Below are positions 26,849 to 33,338 of a stretch of DNA of 64,000 bases, in pieces. Position 1 is the stretch's first letter, and each line of letters opens with the position of its first letter. This DNA is from Actinomycetota bacterium. GTDB lineage: Bacteria; Actinomycetota; UBA4738; JBBDHU01. The notes below the pieces were generated by a model. That model saw only the letters and a program-made list of their open reading frames with translations. It did not search any database and was not told the DNA's origin. A program made the position numbers and the translations under genes. The DNA is taken from the NCBI GenBank assembly GCA_040880465.1, contig JBBDIK010000012.1:2353-66352 (forward strand), read 5' to 3'.

Positions 26849-26921
26849 GGGCGCTTAGCTCAGTTGGGAGAGCGCCTGCTTTACACGCAGGAGGCCGGGG
26901 GTTCGAGTCCCTCAGCGCCCA
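26849..26921 (+). tRNA. tRNA-Val (anticodon TAC), second copy
   Basis: Acceptor GGGCGCT/AGCGCCC, D arm GCTC/GAGC, anticodon arm CCTGC-TTTACAC-GCAGG, T arm GGGGG-TTCGAGT-CCCTC, discriminator A then CC. Confidence 0.88.
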
Positions 26922-26938
26922 CCGACTAAAGTGATGCG

Positions 26939-27982
26939 ATGCCGAAGACGGAAGGGGCACGGGCGCCGATGAAGATTCTTGCCGTGTGCGCGCTCCTCGT
27001 TGTCGCCTGCGTAGCCTGCTCAAACGACCCGTCCTCGGACGGATCAGCAGCGTCGCCCTCATCCAACGCGGAAACGCCGCCGAGTGATCAGAAGACGTTC
27101 ACGCACGAGGGGATCGAACTTCAGTATCCGGCTGATTGGTCGCTTGCCGTTGCTCTCGAAGGCGCAGGCGTGTCGAACGGTTGCTCCGAGGGATTCTGGG
27201 CTGCGAGGACAGAGATCCCCGGCGGTGGGATTGCAGGCGTAGGACGCTGTCCGTCGTCCTTTGATTGGCCGCCTGAAGGCGAGACGATTCCAGAAGCGCT
27301 CCGACGAGAGCTTGCGATGAAGTCACCGGAGGATGTTGTCTCTATCCGCGCTCTAGATGCGAGCGAGATGCAAGGGGCCGAGGGAATCTGGATTGCGACA
27401 TCTTTGGATGCCGCAGCAGCGAAGAACTTCGGCATCTCGGGGCCATCCGACGGTGTGATTATTCGCGCCGCGGTTCCTTCTGAGGACCCAATGCGGCCCG
27501 ACATCTATGAAGTCTTCTGCCAAGTGCCAGCGGCTGATGCAAACATCGGCTTGAACGGATGCGAACTGATGGCGGAAACATTCCAGTTGACGCCGAGTTT
27601 GAGTTCTCCTATCAAGGCCGCCAGCGTCGATTGCAACCCGTCGGAGGTGCAACTGGGCGAGATTCTCGTCGAGAATGGCAACGCGATTGTGGCCCTTGCT
27701 GAAAACCAGACCCCCGGTGGCTACAAGCACTATGTCCAAGAGGCGGGAGTCTTCCTGGACGACGCGCGTGCTGCAGCGGAGAGCGCGCCTCCAGAGTTGG
27801 CTCCGTCGTGGGAGACGGCCATCGACGGGCTGGAACACATCCGAAGTGGCTACGCAGACTCGATCACGGCCTCGACAAGCCGAGAGCAAGATGCGGCGTA
27901 CCAGGAAGTCCTGCGCGGTCAGCAACTCCAAGCGACGGTCTTCAACGATCTAGATCAACAGGGATGCATCACTGGTGTCTAG
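26939..27982 (+). CDS. lipoprotein, function unknown (cassette 4)
   Basis: Signal peptide with a lipobox (MKILAVCALLVVACVAC-S). An alternative ATG lies at 26969. Confidence 0.7.
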   Translation: MPKTEGARAPMKILAVCALLVVACVACSNDPSSDGSAASPSSNAETPPSDQKTFTHEGIELQYPADWSLAVALEGAGVSNGCSEGFWAARTEIPGGGIAGVGRCPSSFDWPPEGETIPEALRRELAMKSPEDVVSIRALDASEMQGAEGIWIATSLDAAAAKNFGISGPSDGVIIRAAVPSEDPMRPDIYEVFCQVPAADANIGLNGCELMAETFQLTPSLSSPIKAASVDCNPSEVQLGEILVENGNAIVALAENQTPGGYKHYVQEAGVFLDDARAAAESAPPELAPSWETAIDGLEHIRSGYADSITASTSREQDAAYQEVLRGQQLQATVFNDLDQQGCITGV

Positions 27983-28016
27983 CCACGGTGCCTCCGGCAC
28001 CACTCGGATTGCGCGA

Positions 28017-28469
28017 ATGGTTGCTCATCGGTGCCTCGCAGTATTCATGCTGCTGGTGCTGTCGGGATGTTCGGGCAGCACGCCGCCCGTTGAGCCAGAT
28101 GCGCCGCCTGAAGAGTCGAGTCCAGGCCACTCCATCCACTACGAGGTGCGGCTTCGGGACGGCGGATCGGCCCCCTTCACTGCGACATTCACCTCCCCGA
28201 CAGGCACGGTGAGCACGTTTGAGGGAAGCACTCCTTGGGCCAGCGAGACGGAGGACTTTCAGGACGGTTCGATGCTGTCATTGCAGGCCGAGATATCCCA
28301 TGAGCAGAAGAGCCCGCTGCTGTGCAATCTGGTCGATGATGGCGGCGGAGGCTCCTGGACGATGGGACAGATGGGTGATCCGATTGATGCGTGCGCAGTG
28401 ACGTACACGCTCGGCCTGTGGCCGCCCGACGACAACGACCTTTCGAGCCCCCTGATCCGCGACGGTTGA
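28017..28469 (+). CDS. small lipoprotein, MmpS-like pattern (cassette 4)
   Basis: MVAHRCLAVFMLLVLSGC lipobox. The HYEV...PW...C...DG...C pattern is reminiscent of MmpS (tentative). An alternative GTG at 27975 overlaps the upstream stop. Confidence 0.6.
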   Translation: MVAHRCLAVFMLLVLSGCSGSTPPVEPDAPPEESSPGHSIHYEVRLRDGGSAPFTATFTSPTGTVSTFEGSTPWASETEDFQDGSMLSLQAEISHEQKSPLLCNLVDDGGGGSWTMGQMGDPIDACAVTYTLGLWPPDDNDLSSPLIRDG

Positions 28470-28527
28470 AGCCGCTCAATCCAATCAACCGGCTGTGCTG
28501 GCTAGACACTCTGCCAACCCCGGCCCC

Positions 28528-28697
28528 GGTCAAGAAAGAGTCAAGGAGCCGACGGTACTTGACGGTACTTGTGTGACTCATGTGACTACGGAAAACGAAC
28601 GCTCCCCGCATACATGCTGGTCAGAGCGTTGCGCAGCGCGGAGGACTATCTCCCTTACAAGGAAGGGGTCGCAGGTTCAAATCCTGCAGCGCCCACC
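28528..28697 (+). repeat. R4: 170-bp arm + tRNA-Val 3'-half repeat
   Basis: Full-length copy. The tRNA half is identical to R1 through GCGCCCACC. Confidence 0.95.
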
Positions 28698-28816
28698 GAT
28701 TGTTCTCGGAGGTCAAGCACGCTGTCCGGTCATTCATGACCATTCGGTAATCGGCATGTGCTCTTCGTCTTGCGACGACAAGGAGATTGCCCAGTGGCCG
28801 GGCGCACCCGGGCGGC

Positions 28817-29194
28817 ATGGGTCATGATCGCCCCGTGAAGGCCATTGGGTTGCTTGCGTTCATGCTTGCCCTTCTAACCGCGTGCGCGGCATCGGTGCCC
28901 TCCGCTGTCAACGGGTCACCGCATGAAGACGCGGAGCAGTATTGCCTGTTCGACTCTGGCTTGGAGACGGTCTGGCAGGGGACTCCGGAGACCATGGATC
29001 GTCCATGGAATGAGCTCTGTGTCATGCGCGGAATGGTCCCCCGGCTTGCACGACGTTGCACCGACGCTGACAAGCTCGAGCGATGGGTTCGCAGTCTCGA
29101 CCCAGCTGGTCGAAGGGAAACGCGAGAGGACTGTCGGAAGGAAGTGTCTGATCGCCCTCAGCCGGTTCCCGCTCCACCGGGGTGGCAGGGCTAG
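28817..29194 (+). CDS. small lipoprotein, function unknown (cassette 5)
   Basis: KAIGLLAFMLALLTAC lipobox. Start ambiguous: ATG 28817 or GTG 28835. Confidence 0.55.
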   Translation: MGHDRPVKAIGLLAFMLALLTACAASVPSAVNGSPHEDAEQYCLFDSGLETVWQGTPETMDRPWNELCVMRGMVPRLARRCTDADKLERWVRSLDPAGRRETREDCRKEVSDRPQPVPAPPGWQG

Positions 29195-29370
29195 GCCGGT
29201 TGCCAGCGCGCTATTCTTCGCCGATGACCCGCGTGATGGAGTCCCGATTCGAGCCTTGTTGGCGATGCCAAGGGCGAGTCGTTGCCCGAGCAGTTGAGGC
29301 TGAGGGCCCAGCGGATGGACACGGTCTTTCGGTCGCTGCGCGAGGGTCTTCAGAGCGGTAAGGTGGGCAG

Positions 29371-29598
29371 ATGAAGTACTTCCTGATCCGATACGAGAGG
29401 CACACCGGCCTGCTGAAAGGGCTCGACGAGTTCGGGTCGGCGCGGCGCGACGAGGCGCTTCAGGCTCGCTTCCAGTTGGAGCGTGCATCGGACGGGAGCG
29501 ATGACATCGAGATCGCATTGCTCGGCGCCGAGACGTTAGATGATCTGAGGGCAACGCACTCGCGTTACTTCCAACGCGAAGCGCCCATCGCAGTCTGA
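29371..29598 (+). CDS. small hypothetical protein, 75 aa (cassette 5)
   Basis: ATG preceded by GGTAAGGTGGG. Balanced, charged composition (MKYFLIRYERHTGLL...). Confidence 0.45.
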   Translation: MKYFLIRYERHTGLLKGLDEFGSARRDEALQARFQLERASDGSDDIEIALLGAETLDDLRATHSRYFQREAPIAV

Positions 29599-29620
29599 AC
29601 GCCCTACTCGAAGGGCGGCC

Positions 29621-29803
29621 ATGTTCGGGAAGAAGCGCGGCGGCGCACCGGGCGTTGCGGAGGTCGATACCTTCTGGGGATTCGTGATCGCGCTGATGGC
29701 GACAGCAGCCGACTATGGCGTGCGTCTGGCAAGTGAGTTCGCGAGGGAACGCCCACCTCCGATGATCCTTGCGGAGATGCGGGGGGAGGGGGCAGATGAC
29801 TGA
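29621..29803 (+). CDS. small hypothetical protein, 60 aa (cassette 5)
   Basis: ORF only, with one hydrophobic segment (FWGFVIALMATAA). Weak support. Confidence 0.25.
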   Translation: MFGKKRGGAPGVAEVDTFWGFVIALMATAADYGVRLASEFARERPPPMILAEMRGEGADD

Positions 29804-29841
29804 GGAAGGCATTAGGGGATCAGGGGAAAGGGCGTGAGCGG

Positions 29842-30318
29842 ATGAAGCGAAGCCGGATCTTGGTCGCCGCCACGCTTGGGCTCGCGGTGGTCTTCATCGC
29901 AGTGCTGGCGATGGCCCTGGTTCGGGCTGGCCACAATGGTCCCGCGGGAGAGGGCTGGGAAAACGCCGGATCACTGGAGGAACTCGACGCAACCAGGGTG
30001 GTCAAGGTCCCTGATCAGACCGTGTATCTGGTTGCCAGCGACCTCACACCCCTGGCGCTTTCGGCGGTTGATCCGCACTTGGGTGAGATCATCGCGTACT
30101 GCGAAAGCAGCGGCTGGTTCGAGGATCCTGATCACGGCTCGAAGTACGACGGGCAGGGGTACTACGCGATGGGTCCCTCACCTCGCGGAATGGATCGAGT
30201 AGCCGTGACGGTGTTCCAGGGCGATGTGTGGATCCAGCCTGCGAACGATACGGAGGGTCCTCCGCGCGGGGCCGACAACCCTGCGCACGAGGATCCGCGA
30301 GGTCCCTTCTGTTCGTGA
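29842..30318 (+). CDS. membrane-anchored Rieske-fold-like protein lacking the cluster-binding Cys residues (cassette 5)
   Basis: Signal anchor. DPHLGE...DPDHGSKYD aligns with the Rieske boxes CPHLGC...CPCHGSxF, with Asp/Glu where the Cys residues should be. Confidence 0.6.
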   Translation: MKRSRILVAATLGLAVVFIAVLAMALVRAGHNGPAGEGWENAGSLEELDATRVVKVPDQTVYLVASDLTPLALSAVDPHLGEIIAYCESSGWFEDPDHGSKYDGQGYYAMGPSPRGMDRVAVTVFQGDVWIQPANDTEGPPRGADNPAHEDPRGPFCS

Positions 30319-30356
30319 GCGAACGCCCTCACCGATGTGAATCAGCGCGAGGTCTC

Positions 30357-30422
30357 GGTCAAGGAATAGTCGAGGAGCCGACGGTACTTGTCGGTACTTG
30401 TGTGACTCATGTAACTACGGAT
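30357..30422 (+). repeat. R5: truncated arm copy (first ~65 nt only, no tRNA half)
   Basis: GGTCAAGGAATAGTCGAGGAGCCGACGGTACTTGTCGGTACTTGTGTGACTCATGTAACTACGGA, after which similarity is lost. Confidence 0.9.
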
Positions 30423-30489
30423 AGTGTTTCGGATCGCCTCTTTCCCCGGTTCTGGGACCGCTTCGGTCACGTTGAGGAGGGCACACGTC

Positions 30490-30780
30490 ATGGGAAAGTT
30501 CTTGATCGAGATCCCTCATGCGGAGGACGCCGCGGAGTGCACCGGGATCGTCAAGGTGTTTCTGTCGTCCGGCTCCCACCTGCTAACCAACGCGGAATGG
30601 GGATGCATGGACGGCGTGCACAACGCATGGATCATCGTGGAGGTGGACACGAAGGACGAGGCTCTCGCCATCGTCCCCCCAGCACTTCGCTCCGTCGCCA
30701 CAGTGACTGCGCTCAACTCCTTCACCTTGGACTACATCAACGCGGAGATCGAGCGCCTTGCGGGCGACGGCGTGGGGTAG
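30490..30780 (+). CDS. small hypothetical protein, 96 aa
   Basis: GAGGAGG lies 10 nt before the ATG at 30490. Its stop is 9 nt before the arr start. Confidence 0.55.
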   Translation: MGKFLIEIPHAEDAAECTGIVKVFLSSGSHLLTNAEWGCMDGVHNAWIIVEVDTKDEALAIVPPALRSVATVTALNSFTLDYINAEIERLAGDGVG

Positions 30781-30789
30781 CGAGACGGT

Positions 30790-31206
30790 ATGGGGAGCAA
30801 GCCGGTGGCAGCCACCGACGGCCTGAGTTCGCAGCACTTCTACCACGGTACGCGGGCTGATCTGAAACTCGGAGACCTCGTCGAGCCCGGCCAAACCTCT
30901 AACTACGGCAAGAGGAACAAGACGGTCTACGTCTATCTGACCGGCACCCTGGATGCGGCCATCTGGGGGGCGGAGCTAGCCCTCGGCGAAGGACCCGGCA
31001 GGATCTACGTGGTGGAACCGACCGGCCCGATCATGGACGACCCCAATCTGACAAACACGAGATACCCGGGGAATCCGACGAAGTCATACCGCTCCCGGGA
31101 GCCGCTGCGGGTCACGGGCGAAGTCGCAGAGTGGCAAGGGCACTCCCCCGAGACGATCCAGGCCATGAGGGACAGGATCAAGGGTCTTGAGCCGATCGAC
31201 GACTAG
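30790..31206 (+). CDS. arr: NAD+--rifampin ADP-ribosyltransferase
   Basis: Arr-family signature blocks FYHGT(R/K)A, WGAELA, GRIYVVEPTGP..DDPNLT and PGNPTKSYRS.EPLRV.GEV..W.GH. Confidence 0.9.
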   Translation: MGSKPVAATDGLSSQHFYHGTRADLKLGDLVEPGQTSNYGKRNKTVYVYLTGTLDAAIWGAELALGEGPGRIYVVEPTGPIMDDPNLTNTRYPGNPTKSYRSREPLRVTGEVAEWQGHSPETIQAMRDRIKGLEPIDD

Positions 31207-31230
31207 TGTTCCCTCGTAGGAAGGAGTGGG

Positions 31231-32121
31231 ATGGACTCGCGACCGATGACCGAGGACGACATCTCGTCCTGTGTCGACATCTTCTACACCTCGTTCAATG
31301 CCCTTCATCGCCAGCACGGTTTGGCGGAAGAGGACGCCGCAGACTCCGGATGGCTGGCGGGTGCACTTCGACACTTCCTCGAGACGGACCCGCACGGCGG
31401 CCGGATCGCGATGCAGGATGGCAACCCGGTCGCGTTCGCGTCGGCGTTCCGACGGCACCGTTACTGGTTCCTCTCGTTCTTGTTCGTCCTCCCTGATGCG
31501 CAGGGATACGGGATCGGACGGTCACTCCTCGACGAGCTGGTGCCACAGGAGGATCCGGCCGATGTCGTCCGGGCCACGGTCGTGGAGTCGTTCCAGCCGG
31601 TCTCGACGGGGTTGTACGCGAGCTACGGCATGACGCCCCGGTCGATCCGATACGGGCTCAGCAGGGTCGGCCGGCCGGACGCACTCCCTGAACTTCCCGC
31701 CGACCTCGGGAAGGAGGAGTTGGCTCCGGCCGATCTCGAGGACATGGCGAAGCTCGATGGGCGGATCCTGGGCTTCGAGCGGTCGGCCGACCACGGGTGG
31801 TGGGATGCCTCCGGCATGAAGGGGTACGTCTATCGGCACGGCGACGAACCGGTGGGATACGCGTACGTGGACGACGGTTTCGTCGGGCCGGCTCTTGCGA
31901 TCGATGAGCAAACCTTGTGTTCGATGGTCGCCGATATCGTGCGCGATGCAGATGATCCCGCGGCCGTGACGGTGAATACCTATGGTGATGCCGCTGCGGT
32001 GTTCCAGATGCTCCTTCGTGCAGGCGCTCGGATCGATGATGACAAGCACCGATTCGTCTACGGCTCCAGTTCCGGACCATTGCCTCCCAGCTACATCAAT
32101 TTCTCCGGCTTCCTGCCGTAG
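31231..32121 (+). CDS. GNAT family N-acetyltransferase
   Basis: Acetyl-CoA motif A (LFVLPDAQGYGIGRSLL). The substrate is unknown. Confidence 0.75.
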   Translation: MDSRPMTEDDISSCVDIFYTSFNALHRQHGLAEEDAADSGWLAGALRHFLETDPHGGRIAMQDGNPVAFASAFRRHRYWFLSFLFVLPDAQGYGIGRSLLDELVPQEDPADVVRATVVESFQPVSTGLYASYGMTPRSIRYGLSRVGRPDALPELPADLGKEELAPADLEDMAKLDGRILGFERSADHGWWDASGMKGYVYRHGDEPVGYAYVDDGFVGPALAIDEQTLCSMVADIVRDADDPAAVTVNTYGDAAAVFQMLLRAGARIDDDKHRFVYGSSSGPLPPSYINFSGFLP

Positions 32122-32140
32122 TTCGGGGCAGGGCTTAGCG

Positions 32141-32587
32141 TCAGCGGGCGCCGATCACCTTGAACAGGTGGCCGCAGTCGATGCACTTCGTGTTGACGCG
32201 GGCGGCCGGGCCGGCGTGGCCGAACGGCTGGGTGTGCTTGGATCCGCACGAGGGACAGACCGTCCGTCCGGCCCCGGCGCCGCGGTCGACCCACACGCGT
32301 TCGATCGAGACGGTTCCCCCCGCTTCCTCCAAGATGTCGAACGCCGACGAGGCCTCCTCCCGCGATGGGGTCTCCAGGACGAGCAGCGGAATGGCGTCGC
32401 CGGGGGAGGACGGGGGCTCGGGCATGAGGGCGGCGAGCGCCGCCGCGAGTTCGGTCTTCCGACCGGGGTCGAGGGCGGTCAGCGTCACCCGTGCCCCCAA
32501 GACTTGGTCGGGTCCCCCGCTTGCCTCTTCCATCACGCCCTCATCGTGTCCTGAGATGACAGTATGGGGGATAGCCCGGTGCACCAT
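32141..32587 (-). CDS. hypothetical protein with a C-terminal zinc ribbon (CPSC...CIDC)
   Basis: ORF with two CxxC pairs. An alternative ATG lies at 32533. Confidence 0.45.
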   Translation of the reverse strand: MVHRAIPHTVISGHDEGVMEEASGGPDQVLGARVTLTALDPGRKTELAAALAALMPEPPSSPGDAIPLLVLETPSREEASSAFDILEEAGGTVSIERVWVDRGAGAGRTVCPSCGSKHTQPFGHAGPAARVNTKCIDCGHLFKVIGAR

Positions 32588-32608
32588 CCGGATCTGGAGG
32601 AGGGGCTG

Positions 32609-32728
32609 ATGGCGAACAAGGACAAGGGCGGCAAATCCAGCAAGAAGGCTGCGTCCCAGGGCCTGAAGGAGAAGCGGGCCGCCAAGAAGAGCAAGAAGGC
32701 GGCCAAGGCCAAGAAGAACTCGGAATAG
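32609..32728 (+). CDS. 39-aa lysine-rich small basic protein
   Basis: Not in the ORF track because it is under 60 aa. GGAGGAGGGG lies 3-4 nt before the ATG. Sequence is MANKDKGGKSSKKAASQGLKEKRAAKKSKKAAKAKKNSE. Confidence 0.45.
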   Translation: MANKDKGGKSSKKAASQGLKEKRAAKKSKKAAKAKKNSE

Positions 32729-32778
32729 GGGGGTTCGCTCCGGCGTTCCGGGGATAAGCGGAACGAGAGGGGCGCTCC

Positions 32779-33270
32779 ATGGCGATCAAGCGGATGAACC
32801 ACGCGGTTCTCTACGTCCGCGATGCCGACCGTACGTTCGCGTTCTACCGGGACGTGCTCGGGTTTCGGACGGTCGGGGAGATGCCCGGCGCGAAGTTCCT
32901 CCAGGCACCCGACTCTACGAACGACCACGACCTCGCGCTGTTCTCCATCGGGGAGCAGGCGGGGGATTCGACCGCCGGGCGCAGCACGGTCGGTCTGTAC
33001 CACATCGCGTGGGAAGTCCAGACCCTCGGTGACCTCCAGGAGGTGGCGGTCCGGCTGACCGAAGCCGGCGCCCTGACGGGCGCGACCGACCACGGGACGA
33101 CCAAGGCCCTTTACGCGCAGGATCCCGATGGGCTCGAGTTCGAGGTGTGCTGGATCGTTCCCGAGGAGCTGCAGGACGAAGAAGTGATTGCCGCCAAGAC
33201 GCAGCTCCGGCCCCTGGACCTGGTTGCCGACATCGAACGCTACGGCGTGGAGACCGTCGGCGGCGTCTGA
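32779..33270 (+). CDS. VOC family protein (glyoxalase/extradiol dioxygenase-like)
   Basis: MNHAVLYVRDADRTFAFYRDVLGF...HIAWEV...DPDGLEFEV. Confidence 0.8.
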   Translation: MAIKRMNHAVLYVRDADRTFAFYRDVLGFRTVGEMPGAKFLQAPDSTNDHDLALFSIGEQAGDSTAGRSTVGLYHIAWEVQTLGDLQEVAVRLTEAGALTGATDHGTTKALYAQDPDGLEFEVCWIVPEELQDEEVIAAKTQLRPLDLVADIERYGVETVGGV

Positions 33271-33338
33271 GGCAGCGTCCGGCCGGGCCACGGCCAGTGC
33301 GTGTCCCGCGGTCATGTCGTGTATGGCAAGCTGGCCCG

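Larger units (their letters stand above)
22861..30422 (+). mobile_element. tRNA-Val-anchored array of short gene cassettes, each ending in a ~170-bp att-like repeat; no recombinase gene inside
   Basis: Five direct repeat copies (R1-R5, listed separately) delimit unrelated cassettes. tRNA-Val genes lie at 22786 and 26849. See findings. Confidence 0.55.

Noticed and set aside
28916-29812. 298-aa minus-strand ORF spanning most of cassette 5.
   Set aside because: It has Arg/Pro/Ser-rich low-complexity translation and overlaps three plus-strand ORFs that have signal peptides or a Shine-Dalgarno sequence.
23996-30422. CRISPR array interpretation of the regularly recurring repeats.
   Set aside because: The repeats are ~170 bp and the intervening segments are 0.8-1.8 kb and gene-bearing. 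The repeats contain a tRNA half and there are no cas genes.
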